The position numbers and the translations under genes are program-made. A stretch of DNA of 44,641 nt from a virus (taxonomy: Duplodnaviria > Caudoviricetes), in IMG/VR virus record IMGVR_UViG_3300020045_015756, positions 1-44,641 of that record; one strand, given 5' to 3'. The notes beneath the pieces were generated by a model. It worked only from the letters and a program-made list of their open reading frames with translations, did not search any database and was not told the DNA's origin. Numbering within the stretch: the first letter of the stretch is position 1; every line of letters begins with the position of its first letter. This document shows positions 7,942 to 17,938 of the stretch, piece by piece.

Positions 7942-10667
7942 GCTAGTACCTGGGATGGACTTACATCTAAAATAAATGAATGGAGTTCAATTTCCGCAAA
8001 TTGGTGATCGAACTCAGGATCTCTCATTTGTTCATCTGATAAAGTGATTCCTATTTGGACTGTATCCCCCAAAAGAGAAATGTTTTTTCTATGCCATATT
8101 TGAGATTGTTGGGAACCTGTAACCATCTGCAAGTTTATGTTTGCCGGAGTTAATCCTATGTTTGTGCTTTCAGGACATGTATAGAGCACTGAAGAATTAA
8201 CCAACGCCAAATTATCATCTTCTGGGGAGTTATATGCATCTGCCCCGTTTTGACTTAAGAATATCTGTAGGGTAACTTGTGATGTGGATGTCTTTGTTAG
8301 GAGATACTGTTGAGGTCCCAGGCGCGTTTTCCTAGCCATTCCCCATGAAACAGGAAATTGTTTAGTCTGTATCTGAGGGACATACATCCTTACAATCACA
8401 CCTTCGCCAAAATACGTTCCGGTACCTATAGCAGGATTTAGGCTAAAGCTGTTATTTGTAATGGGGTAGTCAACAGAAAACACTTTGTCGTTAACTTCCG
8501 AAGATATAGTGCCTAGACAATTTTTAATAATAATATAATCCCCTATATTCAAGCAGTGGTTGGTAGATGTCACTACACTGCCTGTGAATCCTTCTATAGT
8601 TAAACATTTAGACTCACTTGTACCGCTATCTCTGAATAAAACAAACCCTTGTTGATTACCAACAATTACTTGCGGTTGTAGGACTGTTGTAGAGCCTGCA
8701 TTCCATGGTTCGTTCCAATCACTCCATGTGGGGAATACAGTCCCTATTGTTGCCCAAGTATACCCAGTAGATTGTCTAAACAATCCATAAGTGGTATAGC
8801 ATTCATTAAATATACCCCATGAGTTATCTCTGTAGTTATATTGTAAAGTCTGTGTAGGGAATTTATACGAAAACTGATTGGAAGGGTATGTAAAATATGC
8901 CCACTCATTGATAAAATCTCTCTGCGAACAAACACGTTCCTGGCCATTGTTCAAAAGCTCCAGCTGGAATATCTGATCCGGAATCTCTAAGTCAAATCGT
9001 TTAGATTGGTTCTGATTAGTAATAATATAACCCCTAGAACCACTCGTAAGCACACCTTCGTCCATATTGATAGCTGAAAAAGGACTAGCTGACCCATACT
9101 CCGAATTAATCAGAAAAAAGTTAAAAGGGATTATATCATTACCCGAGTATACCAACTTGGTCTGACTCCTACTGAAACCCATTATAAGCACATCTTCGTT
9201 AGAGGAGACCGTGTTAATTGCCTCAGAAGTACCAGCCTCTATAAAGCCTCCAAAACCTGTTTGATCTTCAAAATAAGCAGAAGCTGTTGCTGTTTGATTG
9301 GTAGGAACCAGGAGAGGACTAAATACAGTAGTTGCTATAGAAGGATCTCCGGTGAACGAAGCAGTGTAATAAGGAGTTCCATTCTGACTATAGATAACAG
9401 TGTCTCTTAGGTATATTGGGCTCCCTGTTGATGTCTGAACACAGGGTCCCACAAACAAAAGCCTGTCTTTGAATGGAACTATCATTCTAGCCCCGGCTAA
9501 ATAATATTGTGCTGCAGGGAGGTCAGCAATGGAAAAAAGTGATTGAGATAGAGGAGGCATGAAGTTAACCCAACCTCTAGTGCCATTAAGAACTGGCGCT
9601 GTAGCGCTACTATTAGTAGGGTCGCCGTCATAGAATCGTATACAGTCTAATGTAGTACTAGATCTGCTGGTAAGATATTGTGCTATACCCCCTGTACCAT
9701 TACCTGCTAAAGTAGCATTTGGAAATGTAACAATAACGTTGTTAGCATCGGTAACGGTCGTTACATATCCTGTCTGAAAGTTGATGCCAGTTGTGGTGAC
9801 TACTTCGTTGATAAATACAAAGTCACCCACAACAAGTCCATGACCAATAATATTAAGGGAAGCTGTGGTTGGTGTTAGAACTGTAACCGTTACAATGCTC
9901 TTAAACTGTATTCCAACATTGGAAGCATTAAATGGCACTGTGATGCCGTTAGTGGCCCATAGTGCACCTTGATAATTAACGGTCCAGAATTGCTGATAAT
10001 CCTGTCCATTCCAGGATGTTGGAGTCCAGTTTGTCTTCTGTACATATCCAGCATATAAACCTGTTGGAGGGTTTTTGTAGAAGCTGACATCATACACATC
10101 AAAAGGAATGGTATTGTTGATGTTATATGAATACTTGGTGTCGAATGCTATAGTGCCAGCAAATGATGGATTGTCTCTTATAAAATCCTCTAAGCCCATT
10201 ACAGGAAGATCCGGATAATATCTAAATACAGCAGAATATGAGCTCCCTGCTTGCGCGGGTATAGTTATCACACCAGTTGCATAATTGATTGTATTGGGCC
10301 CGGACGTACCCGTAGGTGTGAGATACCCATCCATAGTAGGGTCTGTGAATGGACCGCCTGGACCTGTTAGTGTAACAGTGCCTGGAACTATGTTTCCTGC
10401 GGCTTGTAGACCAAAGCCGGTGAGGAGGTTTCCAACACCACTTCCGTTTAATGTGATTGTAGTAGATCCGGTATTATATGAAATTGAGGTTGAATCGAAA
10501 AACCGTGTTAGACGACAAAGAAATGAAGTTCCCCTTTTTCTTTTTACCCGTCCACGCCATTGATAAGCATTGACAAGGCGAGGGAAAGAATCATTATCGA
10601 TAACAAAGGCTGTTCTATCATTCCTTATACCTTTATCTATAGGTCCAACAACTAGCTTTTCTCCCAT
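7938..10667 (-). CDS. Tail nozzle / head-stabilisation protein (P22 gp10 / T7 gp12-like position) with FCCH-like insertions
   Basis: 909 aa beta-rich; N-terminal ...RGRVKRKRG motif; propeller-like FKDRLLF..IYS segment; located after the adaptor. Confidence 0.7.
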   Translation of the reverse strand: MGEKLVVGPIDKGIRNDRTAFVIDNDSFPRLVNAYQWRGRVKRKRGTSFLCRLTRFFDSTSISYNTGSTTITLNGSGVGNLLTGFGLQAAGNIVPGTVTLTGPGGPFTDPTMDGYLTPTGTSGPNTINYATGVITIPAQAGSSYSAVFRYYPDLPVMGLEDFIRDNPSFAGTIAFDTKYSYNINNTIPFDVYDVSFYKNPPTGLYAGYVQKTNWTPTSWNGQDYQQFWTVNYQGALWATNGITVPFNASNVGIQFKSIVTVTVLTPTTASLNIIGHGLVVGDFVFINEVVTTTGINFQTGYVTTVTDANNVIVTFPNATLAGNGTGGIAQYLTSRSSTTLDCIRFYDGDPTNSSATAPVLNGTRGWVNFMPPLSQSLFSIADLPAAQYYLAGARMIVPFKDRLLFVGPCVQTSTGSPIYLRDTVIYSQNGTPYYTASFTGDPSIATTVFSPLLVPTNQTATASAYFEDQTGFGGFIEAGTSEAINTVSSNEDVLIMGFSRSQTKLVYSGNDIIPFNFFLINSEYGSASPFSAINMDEGVLTSGSRGYIITNQNQSKRFDLEIPDQIFQLELLNNGQERVCSQRDFINEWAYFTYPSNQFSYKFPTQTLQYNYRDNSWGIFNECYTTYGLFRQSTGYTWATIGTVFPTWSDWNEPWNAGSTTVLQPQVIVGNQQGFVLFRDSGTSESKCLTIEGFTGSVVTSTNHCLNIGDYIIIKNCLGTISSEVNDKVFSVDYPITNNSFSLNPAIGTGTYFGEGVIVRMYVPQIQTKQFPVSWGMARKTRLGPQQYLLTKTSTSQVTLQIFLSQNGADAYNSPEDDNLALVNSSVLYTCPESTNIGLTPANINLQMVTGSQQSQIWHRKNISLLGDTVQIGITLSDEQMRDPEFDHQFAEIELHSFILDVSPSQVLA

Positions 10668-10673
10668 ATACTC

Positions 10674-11267
10674 CTAGATTTGAAGGACCATAAAGGTAAA
10701 GTTAGCTGGATCTACTAAAGAAGCCCCGTTCAAAGTGACGAAATTCAATTCAAACTGACCCACAGGGGCCAGTAAGTTATAACCCACCTGCGTTCCAGAA
10801 GCTGAAGAAACCACATTAGATGAACAAATGACAGCATATTGATTTGTAGAAACAGCATTAGCCGTCAAAGTCACCACATACTTACCCGTGGATGATCTTG
10901 TCACCGTCGACACATTAACGGATTGAGATCCTATTACAACTGGACCAACACCACCCTGTACATATCCCCAAGCCCTAACACAATTGAGGGGGAATATGCC
11001 ATTTTGGTTTCTATAATTTAGATTTGCCACAGAACTTGCCGTTCCAGAACTGGTATACATAATAGAGGCAGGATCCGTCTGCGCGCCTCCAGCATTCTTT
11101 CCGCTTATCGTTACTTGTTTATGAGTGCCAGACGGAACATCTGCGAATGTATAATGATCAACAGCAATAAGGGTGTCTATTGAGTTAGTGTTTGTTTTCA
11201 TTGGCCCCTGGTCAACCGACGGGTTGTTTGGAGCATCTGGGATATCTCTTGTATATGTGATAACCAT
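10674..11267 (-). CDS. Tail structural protein (197 aa)
   Basis: Lies between adaptor and nozzle; RAWG...NVSTVTRSSTGKYVV beta-domain of a type seen in phage tail proteins. Confidence 0.6.
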   Translation of the reverse strand: MVITYTRDIPDAPNNPSVDQGPMKTNTNSIDTLIAVDHYTFADVPSGTHKQVTISGKNAGGAQTDPASIMYTSSGTASSVANLNYRNQNGIFPLNCVRAWGYVQGGVGPVVIGSQSVNVSTVTRSSTGKYVVTLTANAVSTNQYAVICSSNVVSSASGTQVGYNLLAPVGQFELNFVTLNGASLVDPANFTFMVLQI

Positions 11268-11268
11268 A

Positions 11269-12459
11269 TTAAGTTGTTCCCCCTATGTTATTGTAGCCAG
11301 ATTGTCCACCCAAGAAGCCACCTTGACTATATATTGTTTGTGTGCGATCATTGGTCCACTGACGCTGGCTTCGCTTCCAAACAAGTAGCTCTTGTTCCTT
11401 GAATAAGGGTTCGTAGAATTGGAATTGCTCTACGTCGCCAGTGTCAGATAGTATTTTACGAGCAGCTCCCCTTGCTAGGTATTCGGCCATATATCCGAAT
11501 GGAATTGCTTCCTCTGTGTTTAAAAATGCAGCAGGAGAAAGATATGCGTCCAATTCCACAAGATATTGTCTATCTGGTGGGGATCTGAGGGTAAGCGTAT
11601 TGTTGTAATAAAGAACAGCTCTAGGTAATCCGGTCTGAAAATAATACCATTGGGCGCTAATTGCGACTCCTGATGGAATAGCCACAGGGAAAGTGATGGT
11701 TGCCACTCCAGTGAAATAGTTTATGGTGTTAGAAGTGATGCTATAAGTGCCCGGAAGAGCAGTATTCCCAAATGGGGCATTTCCCGGGGTCATCAGCAAT
11801 CCATAGTTAGCATCCCCTAACAGAAATTGTCCGCTGTCCGCCACTATGATATTAGAACCATCAGAGTCCATTGTAGTAAAGTAAACAGCTGATTCCACGC
11901 TAGTTACAGGAATGCCAGTATTAAAACTAGTAACCATAGGTGGATCTTGATTAGTGCCTGTAGCAATTATCCCAGCCATGTCAATGTGACCTCTCAATAC
12001 ACCGTTCACTGGAGTGTTGATGGGTACTTGATTTCCTGGAGAAAGAGGAAGGGTTATTGTATAAGGTCCTGCTGTGCCATCCCCGATAACCCCGGTGACC
12101 GAATTCTGTACAACGTTAGGCCATATATTAAAGAAAGATGACCTCTGAGATTGTAAAGGAACTTGGATTCCATTTACATATGCTGGAGAAAGAAACCCCT
12201 GATATACGGGATACATGCCAATCTGCTGACCACCACTCTCAGTCTGAACGCTATAGAGAGGCATATTGTAACGGTCTACGCCAGGGGTTGTTTGAAATTG
12301 ATATTTCTTCTTAAGATCGAACAACTGCATACGAGCGTCCACATCCATGATCCAAAACCTATTGATATAGTCGATGATTAGATCATCGCTGATATCAGCA
12401 TTGGATGGACTCTTAATGATTCGCCTTACATAAGTTATTATATCGGATAAAAGATTCAA
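11269..12459 (-). CDS. Head-tail adaptor protein (396 aa)
   Basis: N-terminal LSDIITYVRRII...IIDYIN helix and C-terminal IP..AEYLARGAA motif; TTG start. Confidence 0.65.
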   Translation of the reverse strand: MNLLSDIITYVRRIIKSPSNADISDDLIIDYINRFWIMDVDARMQLFDLKKKYQFQTTPGVDRYNMPLYSVQTESGGQQIGMYPVYQGFLSPAYVNGIQVPLQSQRSSFFNIWPNVVQNSVTGVIGDGTAGPYTITLPLSPGNQVPINTPVNGVLRGHIDMAGIIATGTNQDPPMVTSFNTGIPVTSVESAVYFTTMDSDGSNIIVADSGQFLLGDANYGLLMTPGNAPFGNTALPGTYSITSNTINYFTGVATITFPVAIPSGVAISAQWYYFQTGLPRAVLYYNNTLTLRSPPDRQYLVELDAYLSPAAFLNTEEAIPFGYMAEYLARGAARKILSDTGDVEQFQFYEPLFKEQELLVWKRSQRQWTNDRTQTIYSQGGFLGGQSGYNNIGGTT

Positions 12460-12465
12460 TTATTT

Positions 12466-13038
12466 CTACCTGCTCATAAATATTGATTTTTCATTACCTA
12501 CTGGTTTTGCATCTAACCTCTGTACTGTATTTTCAACAGCCATTGATCCATAATATTGACCCGCATAATCACCACTAGTTGTTACACTTTCCTTCATAAC
12601 CAACGTATGATGACGAGCCTTCTTAATCTGCTCTGCTACGTACCTTGGCGCAAAAACTTTTTTATTAACTGGAATCTTCCAAAACTCAGCAGGCAAACCG
12701 GCAAAAGGCTTTGTCCACATTTCGATTTGTTCGCCTATAATCATATTATTTTCTGCTACAAACGCCACATACTCTTTCGCAAATTCATATTCCTTTCTGT
12801 AGTTCTCGTTAAACTTCTCTCGACTACCAATTGAGCGATTAGGCTTCAGATAAATATCAGCGGCTCTAGCCAACTCTGATTGAGACATTTTAGTCTGAGA
12901 GTCCACCTCTTTTATTGGGGCGGTATTCATGTGATCTAGTGTCATTTGTTGCACCTGATCATCAAAGGCCTTAAATTGAGCTTCGGCTTTATCCAACTCT
13001 CTCTCTGCATCCGAATTTACGTTAGGTTTTCTATTCAT
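12466..13038 (-). CDS. Hypothetical morphogenesis protein (190 aa)
   Basis: AGGAG SD; lies within the structural operon. Confidence 0.75.
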   Translation of the reverse strand: MNRKPNVNSDAERELDKAEAQFKAFDDQVQQMTLDHMNTAPIKEVDSQTKMSQSELARAADIYLKPNRSIGSREKFNENYRKEYEFAKEYVAFVAENNMIIGEQIEMWTKPFAGLPAEFWKIPVNKKVFAPRYVAEQIKKARHHTLVMKESVTTSGDYAGQYYGSMAVENTVQRLDAKPVGNEKSIFMSR

Positions 13039-13046
13039 TCTTACTC

Positions 13047-13706
13047 CTATAACGGTGAGATATTTATAAAACTTCCTGGTATATTGGTAGTTAAATTTAC
13101 ATTACCAGTATTGGAAATTATTCCGCTATTGATATCTCCTATAGAAAATATTTGCGCTGGTGTCTGAGGAACATTGAACAAAGTGGCCACACCACCTGAC
13201 GAATAAGCACTAAAACCTGAAGAATTTATATTTACAGTGAAGCCGCTTGAATTAACCGCTGTAATTTGCCCAACAAGGGTGTTTATTTGCGTCATACCGC
13301 CAACAGATGTGAATTGGATGCTATTGCCTAGTCGAAAGGAATTGTTTGCTGTAACGGTTGCTTGCAAAGCCTGTGAGATATTTGTGATAGTTGCCGTATA
13401 AGGAGTTGGAATAAAGGTATCAACAAACCTAGAATCGAAATCTAATGTCACAGAGGTAGATGAGGGAATGTCTATAACATAAGCACGGACTTCATTAAGT
13501 TGATAAGATCCAAAGATAGCGGGTATTATCAGTCTTATTTCTTGTCCTATCACATAATCATGATCTTGATCAGTCGCAACAACTGTTGTGACGCCTCTAG
13601 TGATATTAGATATATTAAATCGAAGAGGACTATAAAACTCAGGATGTATAGGTACATTTGCATAAGGAGGGACGGGATATGAAATAACTCCTGTTTGAGA
13701 TGACAT
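13047..13706 (-). CDS. Structural protein with two E1-FCCH-like beta domains
   Basis: ISNITRG...HDYVIGQEI and ITNISQA...GMTQIN repeats. Confidence 0.65.
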   Translation of the reverse strand: MSSQTGVISYPVPPYANVPIHPEFYSPLRFNISNITRGVTTVVATDQDHDYVIGQEIRLIIPAIFGSYQLNEVRAYVIDIPSSTSVTLDFDSRFVDTFIPTPYTATITNISQALQATVTANNSFRLGNSIQFTSVGGMTQINTLVGQITAVNSSGFTVNINSSGFSAYSSGGVATLFNVPQTPAQIFSIGDINSGIISNTGNVNLTTNIPGSFINISPL

Positions 13707-13724
13707 TGATATCCCTTTTAATAC

Positions 13725-13747
13725 GGGTAGGGGTCAATCCCCTACCC
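13725..13747 (-). terminator. GC-rich hairpin (terminator or processing site) after the capsid decoration gene
   Basis: GGGTAGGGG-TCAAT-CCCCTACCC, a perfect 9-bp stem; the U-tract is weak. Confidence 0.5.
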
Positions 13748-13785
13748 ACCGTCAGCTTTTTTAATGCTAGCGGAAAAACTTCTAA

Positions 13786-14913
13786 TTAAGGCAACGACAT
13801 ATCGTGCAAGAACGCTTCCCAATAGATTACGTTACCTGCAGCTCCAACAAGAACTGATGTTGTAAGCACACCACCAGCACCTGCTCCAATAATAAACCCT
13901 TGAGCTGTGTTATTAACGAATGCGCCGTTGATAGCTGGTCCGTTAATTGTGTTCACAAGAGTTGTACCAATTGGCATATACTGAGGAGGAGGATACAGAG
14001 CAGATCCGCTGCTAATTACTGTTCCACCTGTATTGACATCCCCTACAGCCACAATCTGAGCAAACGATCTTCCAGGAGTACCTGCGAAGCTGACGTTGCT
14101 TGTAAATGCTGTCATTGCTGAAGAGTCAATATTAACAACAACTGTGTTGTAATCTGTTACAGATACCACATAACCATAGACTGGAGAGCCTGGGGTTAAC
14201 GTGTTAGGTAACGAATTCAACTCTGTTGTTCCCCATGCTGAAGGGATACGGAAAGCAATCTCTTGTCCAACTTTAAAGTTGTGAGCAGAGGCTGTATCAA
14301 CCGTAGTCGTTGTTCCTAAAGTGATGGCACTGATCACTGTTTCTCCAGGGAAATACAGATAAGGGTATAATACCTTCTTAACTGTAGCTCCAGCAGGAGA
14401 ACCCGATAATGCAGTGTAAGCACTCTGGTTAGTATTCCAAGGAATTGTAAATGTGGTTGCGCCTGTTACAGTGACTGTAAAAGGAACCCCCTGAATTTGC
14501 TGCATACCAGTTGTTGAAGACTGATATAGACCTTGGAATATAACAACATCGCCACTTGCTAAATTGTGGTTTGTTGTTGTTGTAACGACGGCAGGACTTG
14601 CCTTAGTGATACCACTAATTGCAAGTGTGGGCCCATACTGTAACAACTGGCCACCAGAAAACGTACTGATACCACCAGTTGAAACAACGTCCCATATGAT
14701 AGCTGGAGTTGCGTTATAACCCTGTTGGATTGCAAAGCCTTGACCCATACCAGAGTCCCACTGTGCTGCAACAACGTTCTGTGATGTTGCGGCGGCAGCT
14801 GACGTGGTATAGTTCATCATTCTTACAAAATCAGGTTGGAATGGCAGATTAATAATCTGTGCTCCCCCTGTTGATGTAAACTTACCTTTTGCCATTCTTG
14901 AATATTCAGTCAT
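13786..14913 (-). CDS. Capsid decoration-type protein with two E1-FCCH-like domains
   Basis: ISGITKASPAVVT..HNLASGDVV motif; directly follows the major capsid gene. Confidence 0.7.
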   Translation of the reverse strand: MTEYSRMAKGKFTSTGGAQIINLPFQPDFVRMMNYTTSAAAATSQNVVAAQWDSGMGQGFAIQQGYNATPAIIWDVVSTGGISTFSGGQLLQYGPTLAISGITKASPAVVTTTTNHNLASGDVVIFQGLYQSSTTGMQQIQGVPFTVTVTGATTFTIPWNTNQSAYTALSGSPAGATVKKVLYPYLYFPGETVISAITLGTTTTVDTASAHNFKVGQEIAFRIPSAWGTTELNSLPNTLTPGSPVYGYVVSVTDYNTVVVNIDSSAMTAFTSNVSFAGTPGRSFAQIVAVGDVNTGGTVISSGSALYPPPQYMPIGTTLVNTINGPAINGAFVNNTAQGFIIGAGAGGVLTTSVLVGAAGNVIYWEAFLHDMSLP

Positions 14914-14914
14914 C

Positions 14915-15895
14915 CTATACCCCCAAGTTGCTTAAGCGTGTGCTTAAGAGGTTACGGATCGCTGTATCTTGTGTCAGAGCTTGTGCCTGAGCGAACTTAA
15001 CCGCTAAGGTTGCGTTCTGAGCCAACATGCCTGAATAGTAAGGATCACGGTAAATCAATCTCATGGTGTAACCATCTTGATCGATGTGTGTGATCGCTTG
15101 CTTACCTACAACTGTGTTGTAGTAAACATCTGATGTTGAACCACTTGCATTAGTAGCAGCGTTTCTAGAAACAGGTGCTTCAGAGCTTGTTAGGATACGA
15201 ATGTTATAAACAGAACCATACTCAGATGGTAACGCGGAAGCATTTGTTGGGTAGTTCCACTGTGACAAGAAACCAGAACCAACTAATGAGTCGAAGTCGG
15301 ACTGGAGCTCTGTAGAGCTCAACATAAAGTATGCTGAACGCACAGGGCCTGTTCCAAACCTATCCATACCTTCGATACCGCTCATGAATTTATAAGCGTT
15401 GTTTGTATCCAATGTAGTAGCAACAAGGCTAAAATCAGAAACTCCCAAGTTGGTGGGATTGAACCCGTTAGACCCACCACCAGCATTGATTTGTGACGCT
15501 GCTGATACGATATAGTCACGGAGGATTAAGTCCTCAGCTTGTCTCATGGCCACAGCTAGACGCTCTGACACCCAAGCTAATACACCCTCTTGGTCTTGCA
15601 GTATAACTTGTTCGTTGATGATACATCCTGTACCGAAGAAAGCCATTTGAGCATCAATGATGTCTCTTTGTGGCACTTGGGCTGGAGGATCAATACCAGA
15701 ATTCCCCAACTGTACTGTTGGAGGAGTAAGTGCGCGTGGGCGCATAAATCGGCAAGTAGTACCGCCATTTGCAGGCATACTTACCTTATCACAAACTGTG
15801 ATGTAGTTCATTGTGGGGGTTGGGACATAGAGCATCGCAGGCGCAAGCGACTGGAGGATCATAGGGCCCAAATTACCCGTGGTCGTAATTGACAT
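14915..15895 (-). CDS. Major capsid protein (N4-gp56-like family)
   Basis: 326 aa; MPANGGTTCRF.R, D.LIRD and E.GSV.NIRI..S motifs; located after the scaffold. Confidence 0.85.
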   Translation of the reverse strand: MSITTTGNLGPMILQSLAPAMLYVPTPTMNYITVCDKVSMPANGGTTCRFMRPRALTPPTVQLGNSGIDPPAQVPQRDIIDAQMAFFGTGCIINEQVILQDQEGVLAWVSERLAVAMRQAEDLILRDYIVSAASQINAGGGSNGFNPTNLGVSDFSLVATTLDTNNAYKFMSGIEGMDRFGTGPVRSAYFMLSSTELQSDFDSLVGSGFLSQWNYPTNASALPSEYGSVYNIRILTSSEAPVSRNAATNASGSTSDVYYNTVVGKQAITHIDQDGYTMRLIYRDPYYSGMLAQNATLAVKFAQAQALTQDTAIRNLLSTRLSNLGV

Positions 15896-15929
15896 ATCAA
15901 ATCTTTTAGTTTGTATGTTAAAAACGATA

Positions 15930-16040
15930 TGATGATCGGTAGACGAGCCTATTTACGTCGTTCTCGAGCATATCTAAGAGTAGAGGCGATCTCTACCTAA
16001 CGCCTAAAAATAGACCCATAACGCAGGGCGTCGCGAAACT
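15930..16040 (-). promoter_or_regulatory. Structured 5' leader of the major capsid gene
   Basis: Hairpins at 15980-15996 (GTAGAG/CTCTAC), 15942-15962 and 16015-16035; GC-richer than the flanks. Confidence 0.55.
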
Positions 16041-16049
16041 CAATAAATA

Positions 16050-16373
16050 CTAAATGAAAAATTTATAATCAATTGTTTTCTTTGATTTTTTGTATAGACC
16101 CATCATCTCCTGCATACACTTTTCCATTGGCATACTGTAATTGAAGTGTAGCTCTGGATGTTGGATATTCCAAAATATGATTTTTTGTAGTGGATGAGTG
16201 GACGGGTGCAACGTTTCACCAAACGCCCACATCTCAAAATCATGTCCTGTATAGCTAAAATCTGAAAAATGTAAATCTAGATCTAAAGCCGCCTTTTTTA
16301 TTATTTTTTGGAGATCTTTTCTTATGTTGTTTATACAAATCCACCATTTTATTAATAGATTTTTTAAAATCAT
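16050..16373 (-). CDS. Hypothetical protein with a DFxxWAFGE domain (possibly the frameshifted continuation of 16255-16584)
   Basis: Aligns by eye with the 109-aa neighbour; the two overlap by 119 nt. Confidence 0.5.
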   Translation of the reverse strand: MILKNLLIKWWICINNIRKDLQKIIKKAALDLDLHFSDFSYTGHDFEMWAFGETLHPSTHPLQKIIFWNIQHPELHFNYSMPMEKCMQEMMGLYKKSKKTIDYKFFI

Positions 16374-16584
16374 TACATATTACCATTTTATTTTCCGGAT
16401 TCTTCTTATTCCATAAGTAAGGAACCTGAGAAAGGGGCATATCTTCTGGTAAGATCTCTCCGAATGCCCATATCTGAAAATCTTTATCCATCCTTGAGGC
16501 CGTTTCCTCTCTAGACAATATAAAAGCTATTATACAAGACAGCAAAACCACAATTACTAACCCTATTATAGATAAAATAACCAT
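16255..16584 (-). CDS. Membrane-anchored protein with a DFxxWAFGE domain
   Basis: N-terminal TM helix; its start overlaps the scaffold stop codon. Confidence 0.65.
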   Translation of the reverse strand: MVILSIIGLVIVVLLSCIIAFILSREETASRMDKDFQIWAFGEILPEDMPLSQVPYLWNKKNPENKMVICNDFKKSINKMVDLYKQHKKRSPKNNKKGGFRSRFTFFRF

Positions 16585-17246
16585 TATCCCAACCTTAATC
16601 TTTGTTGCATTTCTTTCATTTTATTGTAGGCTTGTTTTTGCCCTTCTTTACTAAAATCTCCTGCATTCTGGTAAGGAGAATTTGCAATACCAGTAGGTTG
16701 ATAGTACAACCCCTGCTTATTATTATTAATTTTGTCCTGTATTGCCGACTGTTTGCTTTCCGGAAGATGGAGTCCTAGAGCCTTTATATTTTTGTATACC
16801 AGCTTTTGTCTCTCGAAACCCTCTGGCATCTCCAAGATAGTTTCAGCAAGCTCTGGGTCTTTCTGGGCAAATTTCTCTGCATACTGAAGTATGTCGAAAA
16901 AGTCTGGGTTGTTTTTTAACCATGACTGTTTCCTGTCTTCGGCCTGTTCCTGGCGTGATATTTCCTTGGCTCGTTTCTCTATCTTGTCCTCCATTTTTTT
17001 CTCAAAAGAAGACAGTGTCTTATTTAACTTCTTGTGATCCACATAGGGCTCGGAATCGTCCTCGTGCTCGAGCTCTTGTTCTTTTTGTTGTCTGCTAGCC
17101 AATAAAGCCTGCTCAGCGCCTAGTCTGGCCTGTCTTTCCTGTTCCAATTGTTTTTGGTATTTAGCTTCCAGCTGTCTAAAATTAAATTCCTTATCGCTCA
17201 ACTTAGTGTCTGCAACTGCAGTTTCTTGAACTACTTCACTACTCAT
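16584..17246 (-). CDS. Capsid scaffolding protein
   Basis: Charged coiled coil lying between portal and capsid genes; probable start MSSEV at 17246. Confidence 0.7.
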   Translation of the reverse strand: MSSEVVQETAVADTKLSDKEFNFRQLEAKYQKQLEQERQARLGAEQALLASRQQKEQELEHEDDSEPYVDHKKLNKTLSSFEKKMEDKIEKRAKEISRQEQAEDRKQSWLKNNPDFFDILQYAEKFAQKDPELAETILEMPEGFERQKLVYKNIKALGLHLPESKQSAIQDKINNNKQGLYYQPTGIANSPYQNAGDFSKEGQKQAYNKMKEMQQRLRLG

Positions 17247-17340
17247 GTTCCATCCTTTTCCCATAACGCCGGGTCGCGGTTATATTTACTCGCATTAAAT
17301 TCAATTTGGAATTATATATCAAATAAAAAAGTTGGTGTGC

Positions 17341-17820
17341 ATGAAGATAGACAGACTAGAAACCTATGACAGACTTAAACATTTCAAGGGCCAATCCTTT
17401 GATATTGGAGAATGTTGTCAGGACATTGTCAACCAAAGGCCGTTTGGATCGCATCCATTCTATATATTTGCTCACCCAAGAACAGATGAGGATGGAACAA
17501 CAAAAAGACTTATATGGCAACCGCGGTTAACGAAGCCAAAAGCTCAGACAAACTCAATGTTGTTTAAAGCCTATCCGGGAAGCGATAACATTAAGGTAAT
17601 ATGGATCATCCCCGCCAAAGAGGTTTGGTCTCAATTCGAAAAAGGAAAAGTGACAGAAGACTCTCAAATATATAAAAGTATCCAGATGTTTCAGCATAGT
17701 AGACACGAGTTAGAAGCCCCGGAACCAGATGATTTAAGTGATGAGCAGATTGATGCAGTATATAAAAACATCTCACAGGCATGTAGAACAAAGAAATTAG
17801 GGCTAATACTTCCTTCTTAA
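17341..17820 (+). CDS. Hypothetical protein (~159 aa)
   Basis: Long ORF with globular composition, divergent from the scaffold gene; probable ATG 17341. Confidence 0.7.
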   Translation: MKIDRLETYDRLKHFKGQSFDIGECCQDIVNQRPFGSHPFYIFAHPRTDEDGTTKRLIWQPRLTKPKAQTNSMLFKAYPGSDNIKVIWIIPAKEVWSQFEKGKVTEDSQIYKSIQMFQHSRHELEAPEPDDLSDEQIDAVYKNISQACRTKKLGLILPS

Positions 17821-17938
17821 AACCCTGTGCAGCGACAAGATCATTGTGAAAATATGTGAAAATAATTACTTAGTCTTGATGATAAAGTATAGATCAGGTT
17901 AATCTGATGATACGGAAACCTAAACTTCAGAGGTAAAT

